Shown: positions 17,208 to 28,028 of the stretch, piece after piece
Position numbering within the stretch: the first letter of the stretch is position 1
Layout: every line of letters starts with the position of its first letter
NCBI GenBank assembly: GCA_964383845.1
Contig: CAYLIF010000003.1
Coordinates: 34,894 to 98,893, forward strand
DNA: 64,000 nucleotides
From: an uncultured Oscillospiraceae bacterium
GTDB lineage: Bacteria > Bacillota > Clostridia > Peptostreptococcales > Anaerovoracaceae
Direction: 5' to 3'
Notes under the pieces: generated by a model
What the model was told of the DNA's origin: nothing
What the model saw: only the letters and a program-made list of their open reading frames with translations
Databases searched by the model: none
Program-made: the position numbers and the translations under genes

Positions 17208-18034
17208 ACGAAATCCACCATCTCTTCAATTGTAATAAGATTTTCAGGAATATTTACTCCACGGAGTCTTAAGGCTTCTGATATTTCTACCGCTAAAGGA
17301 ACATCTAAACATAACTCTCTAAGTTCTTTTGTTCTAACAAATATATCTTTTGGCATACCTTCCATCACAACTTTTCCATCCTCCATTACGAAAATGTAAT
17401 CAGCTTTCGCAGCTTCATCCATAAAATGAGTTATCAAAACTACAGTGATGCCTTCTTTGTTTAACTTATCAATTATCTTTAAAACTTCTTGCCTGCCTTT
17501 TGGATCTAGCATTGCCGTTGATTCATCGAAAATTATACAGTCAGGTCGCATTGCTACAACTCCCGCAATTGCAATTCGTTGCTTCTGCCCTCCTGACAAT
17601 AGATGAGGGCCCTTTTTTTTTGCATCAAGCATATCCACTGCAGCGAGAGCTTCATCAACTCTTTTACGGATTTCTATAGGGTCTACCCCTAGATTTTCAG
17701 GACCAAAAGCCACATCGTCTTCCACAATAGAAGACACTAATTGGTTGTCAGGATTCTGGAATACCATTCCTGCACTCTGCCTTATATCCCATATTAAATT
17801 TTCATCTCGAGTATCCATTCCTTTAACATATACTGCTCCACTGGAAGGTAGAAGTAACGCATTAATATTTTTTGCCAGTGTAGATTTTCCAGAGCCATTT
17901 CTACCTATTATGGCAGAAAAACTCCCCTTTTTAATAACAAGGCTTACATCATCTACTGCTCTTTTAATAGTAATGGTTTCATCTTCTTCTCCATATTCGA
18001 AAACCAAATTTTTTAATTCTATAATGTTATCCAT
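17192..18034 (-). CDS. ecfA1: ECF transporter ATPase subunit 1
   Basis: Walker A GRNGSGKST, signature LSGGQKQRI, Walker B IIFDEST. The ORF track starts at a TTG at 18046; I prefer the ATG at 18034 (MDNIIELKNL). The start is uncertain. Confidence 0.88.
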   Translation of the reverse strand: MDNIIELKNLVFEYGEEDETITIKRAVDDVSLVIKKGSFSAIIGRNGSGKSTLAKNINALLLPSSGAVYVKGMDTRDENLIWDIRQSAGMVFQNPDNQLVSSIVEDDVAFGPENLGVDPIEIRKRVDEALAAVDMLDAKKKGPHLLSGGQKQRIAIAGVVAMRPDCIIFDESTAMLDPKGRQEVLKIIDKLNKEGITVVLITHFMDEAAKADYIFVMEDGKVVMEGMPKDIFVRTKELRELCLDVPLAVEISEALRLRGVNIPENLITIEEMVDFVCQSN

Positions 18035-18061
18035 CACCCGTTCCAATCATATGTTCTAAAG

Positions 18062-19876
18062 CTACTGTTCCTCTTTGATAACTTGTTCTATAAAAACTTT
18101 TACTAGGCTTTCATCAAATTGAGTTCCCGCACCGTTTTTAAGTTCAGCAATTGCTTCCTCTTTTGTCAATCTATTCCTATAATGGCTATCCATAGTCATA
18201 TCGGAATAAGCTTCTGCCAACCCCAAAATTTTAGCTTGTATAGGGATTTCTTTGCTAATTGATGCAGTGGGATATCCAACCCCGTCAACTCGCTCATGGT
18301 GATAAAGCACAAAATCTGCCATTCGTCCATAATCAGGAACACTCTTTAAGATTTGATATCCTATCTCAGGATGCTTCATAACATTTACCCAGTCTCTTTG
18401 ATCCAAACCTTCTGTTTTGTTGGTAATTTTAGAATCCAAACCAACTTTTCCAATATCATGATAATATGCAGCCAGCCCTAGTTCCAACACGGCGTCTTCA
18501 CTCAGGCCTATTTTTTCTCCCAGCGCCATTGAATACTTTTTCACACTTAAACAATGTTCCTCTAGATTTGGGTTTTGTGTTACCACTTTTTTTTGTAGAT
18601 ATTCAATGATTTTGATTTTATGTGAATCGCTGTCTTGAATTTTGTTGTGATACATCCTAGCCTCTGCCGTTTGGTAGGTTTGGTCTATGCTTTCACTAGG
18701 TGATTCTTTTGTTGCACACCCTAAAGCCATTGATAAAAGGAAGCAATCCTCTGTATCATCTTCGAATTTGTTGCTAATTTTCTTTGTTAAAGCTAAGGCT
18801 TCAACCCCAGTGGTATTAGGGAGGATTGCCATAAATTCGTCGCCGCCAGTTCTAACCACGTAGTTGCCTGGCTCTACAAGTCCCAAAAAAATGTCTGCTA
18901 ATTTCTTTATGATTCGATCACCTTCCATATGACCAAATGCGTCATTGGTAACTTTTAGTCCATTTGCATCAGCCACAATTATAGATAAAGGCCAATATTC
19001 GGGCTTATCAAGTTCCTGAAGTTTTTCATCCCCAAACTTTCTGTTATAAAGGCCTGTTAGAGCATCATGGTCATAATAATACTGGACCAAAGCTTCAGCC
19101 TCTTTTTTAGGTGTAATATCAATAGCCATCACAATATGGGCATCTCTATTTATCTCTTCTTTATACCTCTTCACCGTCATGTCTATCCAAACTGTACTCC
19201 CATCAGGTTTTATAAACCTTTTTTCCATGTTAAAGCCCTGAATTTTGGAGGTAGACATTAGCTCTAGATAATGATGGTTTTCTTCTATTTCTGCTCCATG
19301 AGAATATGCTTCCCAGGGGAGTGATAACAACTCTTCAGTATTCCTACCAGTTATTTCTGAGAAAGTATCATTAATTTCTAAGGCACGGCCAGATTCAGTA
19401 TTGTAAATAGCAATCCCTACTGGAGCATTTCTGAAAACCCCCTCATATCGGCTTAATTCTTTCTCTAATTTTTTTAATTTATGCAATGTTTCAGTTGAAT
19501 CGTAAGAATAACCAGCAATGCCAATTATTGTACCCGCTTCATTTTTAAATGGAGATTTGAATGTTTTAAGGTTTTTTGTAAAAACAGAGTCACTGGTAAA
19601 TGATATCTCTTTATCAAACATCAAAACCTCTTTGTCTGTTGCATTATAAATCGGATAAAGCTCTGCACTAAATAATTCTTCATCTCGTTTTCCTGCGATT
19701 TCAGTTCTATGGAGTCCATCATTTTTGCATTGAGCTTTATTTGCATACAAATAAACACCTTCAATATCCTTAACAAAAACTTCAACAGGAATGGAATCTA
19801 AAAGAAGCCTAAAAAATTCTTCACCATCTAGCCCTGTCTTCTCCTTAATTCTCTTGAAATCTATAGCATTTTCCAA
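18062..19876 (-). CDS. Signalling protein with two PAS-like regions, a GGDEF diguanylate cyclase domain and an HD-GYP phosphodiesterase domain
   Basis: Contains RTGGDEF, then HHDIGK and HHERVDGVGYP. The first 15 codons of the ORF-track form (TTG at 19921) run through the rplQ terminator hairpin. I prefer the TTG at 19876, 7 nt after AGAGG. Confidence 0.85.
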   Translation of the reverse strand: MENAIDFKRIKEKTGLDGEEFFRLLLDSIPVEVFVKDIEGVYLYANKAQCKNDGLHRTEIAGKRDEELFSAELYPIYNATDKEVLMFDKEISFTSDSVFTKNLKTFKSPFKNEAGTIIGIAGYSYDSTETLHKLKKLEKELSRYEGVFRNAPVGIAIYNTESGRALEINDTFSEITGRNTEELLSLPWEAYSHGAEIEENHHYLELMSTSKIQGFNMEKRFIKPDGSTVWIDMTVKRYKEEINRDAHIVMAIDITPKKEAEALVQYYYDHDALTGLYNRKFGDEKLQELDKPEYWPLSIIVADANGLKVTNDAFGHMEGDRIIKKLADIFLGLVEPGNYVVRTGGDEFMAILPNTTGVEALALTKKISNKFEDDTEDCFLLSMALGCATKESPSESIDQTYQTAEARMYHNKIQDSDSHKIKIIEYLQKKVVTQNPNLEEHCLSVKKYSMALGEKIGLSEDAVLELGLAAYYHDIGKVGLDSKITNKTEGLDQRDWVNVMKHPEIGYQILKSVPDYGRMADFVLYHHERVDGVGYPTASISKEIPIQAKILGLAEAYSDMTMDSHYRNRLTKEEAIAELKNGAGTQFDESLVKVFIEQVIKEEQ

Positions 19877-19911
19877 TTTAACACCTCTTTTCGTTAGAAA
19901 TGTGCAAAAGA

Positions 19912-19941
19912 GTACTTCCAAAGTTTAAAATTTAGAAGTAC
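19912..19941 (-). terminator. Stem-loop after rplQ (end of the alpha operon)
   Basis: Minus strand GTACTTC-16 nt-GAAGTAC followed by TCTTTTG, directly after the rplQ stop. Confidence 0.45.
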
Positions 19942-19954
19942 CCCTTTATATCCA

Positions 19955-20296
19955 TTACACTAATTCTAAAAAGGCCATTTCAGCAGTATCTCCCTGCCGA
20001 GGTCCTAACTTCAAAATTCTTGTGTACCCTCCATTACGTTCAGCATATTTGGGGGCAATCTCGTCAAACAGTTTTTTAACTACGGTTTCGTCGTAGACGT
20101 AACTCATTACCTTTCGCCTGGCATGTAAATCTCCTCGCTTTGCAAGGGTAATCAATTTTTCTGCCTGTCTTCGGGTTTCCTTTGCTCTAGTAACCGTGGT
20201 GGAAATCCGTTCTTCTCTTAAAAGATCCGTAACAAGATTTCGCAACATGGCTTTTCTATGAGCGCTTGGTCTTCCCAGTTTTCTATATCCTGGCAT
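19955..20296 (-). CDS. rplQ: 50S ribosomal protein L17
   Basis: [22 protein letters not shown]-terminus; follows rpoA. The start is set to the ATG 8 nt after AGGAG; the track start is an upstream GTG. Confidence 0.96.
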   Translation of the reverse strand: MPGYRKLGRPSAHRKAMLRNLVTDLLREERISTTVTRAKETRRQAEKLITLAKRGDLHARRKVMSYVYDETVVKKLFDEIAPKYAERNGGYTRILKLGPRQGDTAEMAFLELV

Positions 20297-20315
20297 CACC
20301 ACTACTCCTTTCTAA

Positions 20316-21272
20316 TTATTCGTCGCTTGGCTTTAGGCCAAGGCCTAGTTCTTCAAGTTTGAATTTTACTTCATCCAAAGATTTTTTGCCCAGGTTACGA
20401 ACCTTCATCATATCTTCTTCAGTTTTGTGTGTTAGTTCTTCTACTGTGTTAATGGCTGCCCTCTTTAGACAATTGAAAGAGCGTACAGAAAGCTCTAAAT
20501 CTTCAATAGTCATTTCCAAAGCTTTACCCTTTTGATCTTCTTCCTTCTCGATCATGATTTCCATACTCTCTGCAGCATCATTTAACTCAATAAAGAGATT
20601 AAGATGCTCTTGCATGATTTTAGCACCAATGGATACCCCTTCATTTGGGGGCATAGAACCATCAGTCCATATTTCTAAGATTAGTTTGTCGTAGTCAGTA
20701 ATGTGCCCTACTCTGGTGTCTTCTACGTTGAAATTAACCTTAACCACAGGAGTAAAAATGGAATCCACAGGGATCACAGCAATGGGCATACCCTCAGTCT
20801 TATTTTGTTCTGCAGACACATATCCTCTACCTCTAGATAAATTAATCTCCATTACTAGAGTTGCATTCTCTTCTAAAGTGGCGATATGCAAATCCTTATT
20901 AAAAATCTCGGCTCCAGAGTCGCCTTCTATATCAGCTGCAGTAACCTCTTTAGGTCCTACAGCATTGATAATTAGGCGTTTTGTGTTTTCTCCGTTAAAT
21001 CCATCTAGTCTAACAGCCAATTTTTTTAAGTTTAAAATAATCTCCGTCACGTCTTCTTTAACACCAGGTATGGTGGAAAATTCATGAAGAATACCGTCGA
21101 TTTTTACCGATGTTACTGCGGCGCCTGGAAGAGAGCTGAGAAGTATTCTCCTCAAACTATTTCCTAAAGTTGTTCCATATCCTCTTTCTAAAGGTTCAAC
21201 AACAAACTTTCCGTAATTCGCATCTTCATCAGAATAGATACATTCAATCGTTGGTTTTTCGATTTCTATCAT
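20316..21272 (-). CDS. rpoA: DNA-directed RNA polymerase subunit alpha
   Basis: 318 aa with [30 protein letters not shown] and the C-terminal domain motif [14 protein letters not shown]. Confidence 0.97.
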   Translation of the reverse strand: MIEIEKPTIECIYSDEDANYGKFVVEPLERGYGTTLGNSLRRILLSSLPGAAVTSVKIDGILHEFSTIPGVKEDVTEIILNLKKLAVRLDGFNGENTKRLIINAVGPKEVTAADIEGDSGAEIFNKDLHIATLEENATLVMEINLSRGRGYVSAEQNKTEGMPIAVIPVDSIFTPVVKVNFNVEDTRVGHITDYDKLILEIWTDGSMPPNEGVSIGAKIMQEHLNLFIELNDAAESMEIMIEKEEDQKGKALEMTIEDLELSVRSFNCLKRAAINTVEELTHKTEEDMMKVRNLGKKSLDEVKFKLEELGLGLKPSDE

Positions 21273-21322
21273 TAAAAAACCCTCCTTTTCTTAGCAATAT
21301 CGCGATGAAACTAATTGCTATA

Positions 21323-21943
21323 TTACTTAGAATACAATTCGACGATAAGGTATTCTGAAACTGCTGTGTCAATCTCGTCTCTAGTTGGTAAAGCTATAAC
21401 TTTGCCTTCTAGTTTCTCTGTGTCCACGGTCATCCAAGAGGGAACAGATATTGTCATCTCTTTTATTTCCTTGAACTTAGGAGAAGCTGTACTCTTTTCT
21501 TTAACCTTTATTACATCTCCAGCATCACAAGTGTAAGAAGGAATGTCTACTTTCTTCCCATTTACTAAAAAGTGGCCGTGTGTAACAAGTTGTCTTGCTT
21601 CTTTACGAGAAGAACCAAAACCTAGCCTGAAAACAACATTGTCTAATCTGGTTTCCAACAAAATCAATAGGTTTTCGCCAGTTATTCCTTTTTTCTTTAC
21701 AGCCTTATCAAACAGGTTCCTAAATTGAGTCTCCTGCAAACCGTAAAATCTTTTGGTCTTTTGCTTTTCTCTTAATTGAGTACCGTACTCGGAAACTTTC
21801 TTCCGACTCTGGCCGTGTTGGCCGGGAGCGTAATTTCTTTTCTCCATAGCACATTTTGTACTGTAGCATCGTTCGCCCTTTAAGAAAAGTTTCTGACCTT
21901 CTCTTCTGCATAATCTGCAGTTAGCATCTATATATCTTGCCAT
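21323..21943 (-). CDS. rpsD: 30S ribosomal protein S4
   Basis: 206 aa starting [26 protein letters not shown] (Zn-type S4 N-terminus); alpha-operon position. Confidence 0.97.
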   Translation of the reverse strand: MARYIDANCRLCRREGQKLFLKGERCYSTKCAMEKRNYAPGQHGQSRKKVSEYGTQLREKQKTKRFYGLQETQFRNLFDKAVKKKGITGENLLILLETRLDNVVFRLGFGSSRKEARQLVTHGHFLVNGKKVDIPSYTCDAGDVIKVKEKSTASPKFKEIKEMTISVPSWMTVDTEKLEGKVIALPTRDEIDTAVSEYLIVELYSK

Positions 21944-21963
21944 TCAATTACTCCTCCCTTCTA

Positions 21964-22368
21964 CTATACTCTTCTACGCTTTGGCGGTCTACAACCGTTA
22001 TGCGGAATTGGTGTGATATCCTTAATGAGTGTAATGTCAAGCCCTGCCGTTTGAAGCGCTCTAATTGCTGCTTCACGTCCAGATCCTGGCCCCTTCACGT
22101 ATACTTCTACTGTTTTTAAACCATGTTCCATAGCAGCTTTAGCCGCTTCTTCAGCAGCCATTTGAGCTGCAAAAGGTGTGGATTTTCTTGAGCCTTTAAA
22201 ACCCAGAGATCCAGCACTTGACCATGACAATGCGTTTCCGCTTGTATCAGTAAGAGTTACAAGGGTATTGTTAAAGGTAGATTGGATATGCGCTTGGCCT
22301 TTATCAATGTTTTTACGTTCTCTTTTTTTCTTTCTTCCAGTTTGTTTCTTAATTACTTGTTTTGCCAT
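21964..22368 (-). CDS. rpsK: 30S ribosomal protein S11
   Basis: 134 aa with [12 protein letters not shown] and [13 protein letters not shown]. Confidence 0.97.
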   Translation of the reverse strand: MAKQVIKKQTGRKKKRERKNIDKGQAHIQSTFNNTLVTLTDTSGNALSWSSAGSLGFKGSRKSTPFAAQMAAEEAAKAAMEHGLKTVEVYVKGPGSGREAAIRALQTAGLDITLIKDITPIPHNGCRPPKRRRV

Positions 22369-22385
22369 TATAACCTACCTCCTCT

Positions 22386-22757
22386 CTAAATTGCTTTTTT
22401 CTTTCGGCCCACAGTTTTCTTAGGACCTTTACGAGTTCTAGCGTTTGTCTTTGTTTTCTGCCCTCTAACAGGCAATCCTCTTCTATGACGAATGCCTCTG
22501 TAGCAACCAATTTCCATTAGTCGCTTAATATTAAGAGAACTTTCTCTTCGAAGATCTCCCTCTACAGCGTAGTCCGAATCAATAACTTTTCGGATATCAC
22601 CTGCTTCATCTTCAGAAAGATCTTTAACCCTAGTATCAGGGCTAACGCCTGCTTTCTCAAGAATTGCTAGGGCTGTTGGCCTGCCAATTCCATAAATATA
22701 GGTCAGACCGATTCCAACTTTTTTGTCTCTTGGTAAATCGACACCGGCTATTCGAGC
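22386..22757 (-). CDS. rpsM: 30S ribosomal protein S13
   Basis: Begins [15 protein letters not shown]. The start is moved from 22796 to the ATG preceded by AGGAGG. Confidence 0.96.
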   Translation of the reverse strand, partial: ARIAGVDLPRDKKVGIGLTYIYGIGRPTALAILEKAGVSPDTRVKDLSEDEAGDIRKVIDSDYAVEGDLRRESSLNIKRLMEIGCYRGIRHRRGLPVRGQKTKTNARTRKGPKKTVGRKKKAI

Positions 22758-22858
22758 CATCTTTTCCTCCTGTTCCCATCTTCCGTCACGCAACACCGAG
22801 ACTTCCTATCTCGAGGCATAATATAAACGGGATGTTTCTTAAAAAATAACGTACTTTT

Positions 22859-22972
22859 TTAACCTTGAGTCTGCTTGTGCTTAGGGTTAGGGCAGATAAC
22901 CATAACCTTACCATCTCTCCTAATAATTTTGCACTTTTCGCAGATAGGTTTTACTGAAGATCTAACTTTCAT
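22859..22972 (-). CDS. rpmJ: 50S ribosomal protein L36
   Basis: Below the ORF-track cutoff. Own translation: [37 protein letters not shown]. It lies between infA and rpsM as expected. Confidence 0.93.
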   Translation of the reverse strand: MKVRSSVKPICEKCKIIRRDGKVMVICPNPKHKQTQG

Positions 22973-22983
22973 TTTAACCCCTC

Positions 22984-23202
22984 CTATTTGTCTCGCCACG
23001 TAATTCTGCCTCTAGTAAGATCATAGGGTGAAAGTTCAACTTTAACTTTGTCCCCTGGCAGAATTCTAATAAAGTTCATTCGAATTTTCCCTGATATATG
23101 TGCTAGTACTTCATGTCCATTTTCCAACTTAACTATAAACATTGCATTAGGTTGGGCGTCCACAACTGTACCCATGGTTTCGATGACATCTTTTTTCGAC
23201 AT
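22984..23202 (-). CDS. infA: Translation initiation factor IF-1
   Basis: [53 protein letters not shown]. The start is moved to the ATG after GAGGTGGA. Confidence 0.96.
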   Translation of the reverse strand: MSKKDVIETMGTVVDAQPNAMFIVKLENGHEVLAHISGKIRMNFIRILPGDKVKVELSPYDLTRGRITWRDK

Positions 23203-23222
23203 AGTTTCATCCACCTCTTCTC

Positions 23223-23969
23223 TTAACAAGTAAGCAATTCGGGCTCACCATCCGTTACGACAACAGTATTTTCATAATGAGCGGAAAGTTTTCCATCTAT
23301 GGTAACCACCGTCCAATTGTTTAAAAGAACCTCTACTTCGTAATCCCCTTCAGCAACCATTGGTTCAATGGCAAAAACCATTCCTGATTCAAGTCTTGGA
23401 CCTCTTCCTGCCTCTCCATAGTTGGGTATTTGTGGTTCTTCATGCATCTCCCTGCCAATACCATGGCCTACAAAATCTCTGATAACAGAGAAACCTTCTT
23501 CTTCAGCTTTTTTCTGGATCTCATGTGAGATATCTCCCAAGCGTTGGCCTGGTCTGCAGAATTTTAGACCTTCAAAGAAACTTGCCTCTGTTACCTGTAT
23601 AAGCTTTGCTGCCTTGGGGCTAATGTCTCCTACACCATAGGTTCTTGCTGCGTCACTGTAGTAGCCTTTATAAATACAGCCTACATCCACGCTTACGATA
23701 TCACCTTCGCTTAGAAATCTTTTTTTGGAAGGAATTCCATGAACTACTTCCTCATTGATGGAAACACACGCACTGGCTGGGAAACCGCCATAACCTTTAA
23801 ATGCAGGAATCATGTTGTAGGAAAGAATAGTCTTTTCGACAAAATCATCCACATCTTGGGTTGTAATCCCAGGTTTAATAATATCTTTTAGAGCTCTTAA
23901 TATGTACCCCGTTACTTTACCGGATTCTCGCATAAGATCAATTTCTTGCTTTGATTTAACAATAATCAT
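23223..23969 (-). CDS. map: Type I methionine aminopeptidase
   Basis: 248 aa with the pattern of metal-ligand motifs (VHGIP, DVG, HGIG, EPM) and the expected spc-operon position. Confidence 0.95.
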   Translation of the reverse strand: MIIVKSKQEIDLMRESGKVTGYILRALKDIIKPGITTQDVDDFVEKTILSYNMIPAFKGYGGFPASACVSINEEVVHGIPSKKRFLSEGDIVSVDVGCIYKGYYSDAARTYGVGDISPKAAKLIQVTEASFFEGLKFCRPGQRLGDISHEIQKKAEEEGFSVIRDFVGHGIGREMHEEPQIPNYGEAGRGPRLESGMVFAIEPMVAEGDYEVEVLLNNWTVVTIDGKLSAHYENTVVVTDGEPELLTC

Positions 23970-24619
23970 TATGCTTCTTCTCCAAGTATCTTCTTGATAT
24001 CTCGAAATACATTTTCAAGTCCAATGGATCCATCTATTTCACTTACGACTCCAGCCTTTTTGTAATACTCTATAAGGGGCACGGTCTGTTTTTCGTAAAT
24101 GTCTATACGATTCTCCACTGTTTCTTTGTTATCATCACTACGCTGATACAAGGGTCCTCCGCAAATATCACAAACTCCCTCTACTTTGGGTTTCATGGTA
24201 TCAATGTGGTATGTAGCGCCACAATTCTTACAAACTCTTCGACCAATTAATCGGCGAATCAGCTCATCTTTTTCAACGGAAATGTTGATAACATGATCCA
24301 CTTTTTCCCCCTTACTATGAAGGAATTTATCAAGTTCCTCAGCTTGGTGAACAGTTCTTGGGAAACCATCAAGAAGGAATCCCTTTTGGCAATCTTCCTG
24401 GTTTAGACGATCAATGGCGATTTCTACAACCAAATCATCAGGAACCAGTTTGCCTTCGTTCATATACTTCTGAGCTCTTATTCCTAGCTCAGTTTCTCGC
24501 TTAACGTTTTCTCTAAAGATATCCCCAGTTGAAATATGTGGAATCTTATATTCAGCGATTATTTTCGCTGCTTGAGTGCCTTTCCCTGCCCCCGGAGGGC
24601 CCAACAATACAACATTCAT
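23969..24619 (-). CDS. adk: Adenylate kinase (Zn-lid type)
   Basis: 216 aa with GPPGAGKGTQA and a lid carrying CKNCGATYH...CDICGG. Confidence 0.96.
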   Translation of the reverse strand: MNVVLLGPPGAGKGTQAAKIIAEYKIPHISTGDIFRENVKRETELGIRAQKYMNEGKLVPDDLVVEIAIDRLNQEDCQKGFLLDGFPRTVHQAEELDKFLHSKGEKVDHVINISVEKDELIRRLIGRRVCKNCGATYHIDTMKPKVEGVCDICGGPLYQRSDDNKETVENRIDIYEKQTVPLIEYYKKAGVVSEIDGSIGLENVFRDIKKILGEEA

Positions 24620-24628
24620 GTCATCCTC

Positions 24629-25909
24629 CTACTTCAGGAATCCTTCATAATTCCTCATAACCATTTGGTTTTCTAATTGTCTCATTGTATCTAGGGCGAC
24701 GCCTACTGCAATCAGCAAACTCGTTCCTCCAAATCCAATATTCAAGGTTGTCCATTGATCTATGAGAGTTGGTAATGTAGAAACTGCCGCCAGAAATATT
24801 GCACTGACAAAAGTAATTCTTGTCATTACCTTGTTTAAGTACTCAGTGGTAGGTTTCCCGGGTCTAATTCCAGGAATAAAGCCACCATTGTTCTTCATGT
24901 TTCCTGCTACCTCAGCTGGATTGAATGTAACAGCTGTATAGAAGTAAGTGAAGAACATTATCAATACTATATTAAATACTGCATATAACCATACTCCAGG
25001 ATCTCCGTATGGAGAAAGCCACTTAGTTACCCATGCAGCAAAAGCTGTTTCGGGTGTGAAATAAGTTATAGTCAGCGGAAACTGCAATAATGAAAGAGCG
25101 AAGATTACTGGAATAACTCCAGCTTGGTTAACCTTCAGCGGAATATGGGTAGATTGTCCACCATACATTTTTCTTCCAACTACACGTTTTGCATACTGGA
25201 CAGGAATCCTACGTTGACCTTGCTGAACTAATATAATTCCTACAATAACTGCTAATGCAAATACCGCAAATATTATAAGTGTAATAATTTTCACTTCTCC
25301 ATCAAGAAAACGGATAAAGTTCTCATGTATTGCACTAGGTACACGTGCGATAATTCCCCCGAAAATTATAAGAGAAATTCCATTTCCGATACCATTTTCG
25401 TTGATTTGCTCTCCCAACCACATTAGAAATGCAGTTCCAGCAGACAGGGTCAAAACTATAACACTAATTGAAAAGAAATCTGTGCTAATAAGTGCCTGTC
25501 TAAAAAGTCCAACAGCTAATCCTATGGCTTGAACAAATGCCAGTACAACAGTTAAGTATCTCGTGTACTGAGCTATTTTTTTCTTACCTTCTTCGCCTTC
25601 TCTTGCCAATCTTTCGATGGCAGGTACAGCGATGGTTAATAACTGAAATATAATAGAGGCAGTGATATAGGGAGTAATACTCAATGCAAATATGGTGAAG
25701 TTACTAAAAGCTCCCCCAGAAAACAAGTCAAATAAAGCGAATAGACCCGTTCCCCCATCAAATACTTGATCTAATACCGCTCGGTTCATTCCAGGGACCG
25801 GAATGTTGGATCCTACTCTAAACACAACCAACATGAGAAGAGTGAAGATAATCTTTTTCCGCATTTCAGGAATTCCCCAAGCAGCTTGAACGGTTTTAAT
25901 CATTCCCAT
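24629..25909 (-). CDS. secY: Preprotein translocase subunit SecY
   Basis: 426 aa polytopic membrane protein lying between rplO and adk. Confidence 0.96.
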   Translation of the reverse strand: MGMIKTVQAAWGIPEMRKKIIFTLLMLVVFRVGSNIPVPGMNRAVLDQVFDGGTGLFALFDLFSGGAFSNFTIFALSITPYITASIIFQLLTIAVPAIERLAREGEEGKKKIAQYTRYLTVVLAFVQAIGLAVGLFRQALISTDFFSISVIVLTLSAGTAFLMWLGEQINENGIGNGISLIIFGGIIARVPSAIHENFIRFLDGEVKIITLIIFAVFALAVIVGIILVQQGQRRIPVQYAKRVVGRKMYGGQSTHIPLKVNQAGVIPVIFALSLLQFPLTITYFTPETAFAAWVTKWLSPYGDPGVWLYAVFNIVLIMFFTYFYTAVTFNPAEVAGNMKNNGGFIPGIRPGKPTTEYLNKVMTRITFVSAIFLAAVSTLPTLIDQWTTLNIGFGGTSLLIAVGVALDTMRQLENQMVMRNYEGFLK

Positions 25910-25910
25910 A

Positions 25911-26351
25911 CTAGATTACCTCCGCCTTTCCTCCTGCAGCCTCGATTTTTTCTATAGCCGTTTTGCTAAATTTTTGAGCTTGAACGGAGATATTTTTTTC
26001 TAAAGTACCATCACCTAGAACCTTTACCCCATCCTTAACCTGTTTTATAAAACCAGCTTCTACAAGGATTTCTGGAGTTACTACAGCTCCGGCTTCAAAC
26101 TTATTCAAATCGTCGATATTTACTATTTCATATGTTTTTCCAAAAATGTTTGTAAATCCTCTTTTCGGAATTCTTCTATATAAAGGCATCTGTCCACCTT
26201 CAAAGCCTAGGCGAGTACCTCCACCGCTTCGCGAATTCTGACCATTCATACCTCTTCCAGCGGTTTTACCCAACCCAGAAGCTGTACCTCGGCCTCTTCT
26301 TTTCCTGGTCTTTGTTGACCCCGGAGCAGCTTTTAATTCATGTAATTTCAT
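25911..26351 (-). CDS. rplO: 50S ribosomal protein L15
   Basis: Begins [22 protein letters not shown]. The track start (TTG at 26357) is replaced by the ATG. Confidence 0.96.
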   Translation of the reverse strand: MKLHELKAAPGSTKTRKRRGRGTASGLGKTAGRGMNGQNSRSGGGTRLGFEGGQMPLYRRIPKRGFTNIFGKTYEIVNIDDLNKFEAGAVVTPEILVEAGFIKQVKDGVKVLGDGTLEKNISVQAQKFSKTAIEKIEAAGGKAEVI

Positions 26352-26370
26352 ATGCAAAGCACCTCCATTT

Positions 26371-26553
26371 CTATAGTTCTTCTACTGTAACAAGATGCTC
26401 TACTTTTTGCACCGCACCTCTAGTTTGCGGTGTGTCTTCCATTACTACGGAATGGTGCATCTTTTTCAACCCCAAAGCCACAATGGTTTTGCGATGTGCG
26501 GGATTTGCACCGATCGGGCTTTTAGTTAAAGTGATTTTTATCATTTTTGCCAT
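26371..26553 (-). CDS. rpmD: 50S ribosomal protein L30
   Basis: 60 aa, [23 protein letters not shown]. Confidence 0.95.
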   Translation of the reverse strand: MAKMIKITLTKSPIGANPAHRKTIVALGLKKMHHSVVMEDTPQTRGAVQKVEHLVTVEEL

Positions 26554-26567
26554 TTCGTCGCTTCCCC

Positions 26568-27074
26568 CTATCCTAGTATTTCTTCTACGGTTTTTCCTCT
26601 AAGCTTAGCCACTTTTTCAGCGGTTGTAAGATTTCGAAGTCCCTCCATAGTAGCATAAGCCATATTGATTACATTACTGGAACCAATAGATTTTGCTCTT
26701 ACGTCTTTAATTCCTGCTGCTTCTAAAACGATACGAACAGAAGCTCCCGCAATTACACCGGTACCTGGTTTTGCTGGCATTATTAGTACTTGACCTGCTC
26801 CAAATATTCCCAGTATTCTATGGGGTATTGTTGTGCCCACCATGGGCACTTTAACTAAGTTCTTTTTTGCATCTTCTATAGCTTTTCTTACAGCTTCAGG
26901 AATTTCCTGAGCTTTCCCTAAGCCGACACCTACGTAACCTTCGCCGTCGCCTACAACCACGTTAACGGAGAATCTCATGTTTCTTCCGCCCTTAACCGTT
27001 TTTGCTACACGTCTAATGCTTACAATGGTTTCTTTTAAGTCTAGCTTTGATGCATCGATCATTACTTCTCGCAT
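26568..27074 (-). CDS. rpsE: 30S ribosomal protein S5
   Basis: 168 aa with [14 protein letters not shown]. Confidence 0.97.
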   Translation of the reverse strand: MREVMIDASKLDLKETIVSIRRVAKTVKGGRNMRFSVNVVVGDGEGYVGVGLGKAQEIPEAVRKAIEDAKKNLVKVPMVGTTIPHRILGIFGAGQVLIMPAKPGTGVIAGASVRIVLEAAGIKDVRAKSIGSSNVINMAYATMEGLRNLTTAEKVAKLRGKTVEEILG

Positions 27075-27089
27075 TTGCTCTCCTCCTCT

Positions 27090-27452
27090 TTAGAATTTCA
27101 AACCGGCTTCACGTGCGCCTTCAGCCAATTCTTTTACTCTTCCGTGATATAAGAAACCACCTCGATCGAAGGTTACTGTTTCTATCCCCTTTGCTAAGGC
27201 TCTTTTACCAATAGCCTCGCCCACTTTTTTAGCAGCGGCTTTGTTTCCGCCATTTTCGATTTCTGCTTTTAATTCCTTGTCTAAGGAAGAAGCTGAGCAC
27301 AAAGTGGTTTGGTTTACATCATCAATAATCTGAACTGATATGTTCTTATTACTTCTGAAAACACACATTCTTGGTTGAGAAGGAGTTCCAGATAATGTTC
27401 TTCGCACTCTTCTATGTCGTGCCAGACGTCGATCGTTTCTACTTTCTACCAT
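27090..27452 (-). CDS. rplR: 50S ribosomal protein L18
   Basis: 120 aa with [10 protein letters not shown] and [24 protein letters not shown]. Confidence 0.97.
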   Translation of the reverse strand: MVESRNDRRLARHRRVRRTLSGTPSQPRMCVFRSNKNISVQIIDDVNQTTLCSASSLDKELKAEIENGGNKAAAKKVGEAIGKRALAKGIETVTFDRGGFLYHGRVKELAEGAREAGLKF

Positions 27453-27470
27453 TTTATCTATACTCCTTTC

Positions 27471-28016
27471 CTATTTTTTAACTCCAGCTTTGCCTTCTTT
27501 TTTACGAACAGCTTCTCCTGCATATCGAATCCCTTTTCCTTTGTAAGGTTCTGGTCTTCTCCAAGCACGAATATTTGCCGCATAATTACCAACGAGGGCC
27601 TTATCTGCACCTCGAACAACAATTTCTGTAGCAGTTGTGCACTCAGTGGAAATTCCTTCAGGGTCTTCCATAACTATTGGATGAGAATATGCAAGACTTA
27701 ACATTAATTTATTCCCTTGCTTCTCAGCTTTGTATCCAACACCCACTAAGTTTAATTTTTTCTCATATCCGTCAGTGACACCAACCACCATATTATGGAC
27801 CAATGTCCTAGCTAAACCATGTTGAGATCTAGACTCTTTGCTGTCCGTTTCTCTAGTTACTTCCAAAACTCCGTCTTTTATTTCTATTTTTAGCAAACTG
27901 CTAATATTTTCCTGCAGTGAACCTTTGGGTCCTTTTACAGACACAAGATTGTTATCGTCCACTTTGACTTCTACACCGGCAGGAAGATTAACAGGCATTT
28001 TACCTATTCTTGACAT
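27471..28016 (-). CDS. rplF: 50S ribosomal protein L6
   Basis: 181 aa starting MSRIGKMPVNLPAGVEVKV. Confidence 0.97.
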   Translation of the reverse strand: MSRIGKMPVNLPAGVEVKVDDNNLVSVKGPKGSLQENISSLLKIEIKDGVLEVTRETDSKESRSQHGLARTLVHNMVVGVTDGYEKKLNLVGVGYKAEKQGNKLMLSLAYSHPIVMEDPEGISTECTTATEIVVRGADKALVGNYAANIRAWRRPEPYKGKGIRYAGEAVRKKEGKAGVKK

Positions 28017-28028
28017 AATTTTCTCCTC

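Noticed and set aside
19877-19921. Longer N-terminus (TTG at 19921) for the GGDEF/HD-GYP protein
   Set aside because: The extra 15 codons run through the rplQ terminator hairpin and lack an RBS. The TTG at 19876 has AGAGG 7 nt upstream.
21292-21320. 7-bp A/T-rich hairpin between rpsD and rpoA as a regulatory element
   Set aside because: The stem is short and weak (TAGCAAT/ATTGCTA) with a 15-nt loop and no U-run. That is not enough to claim function.
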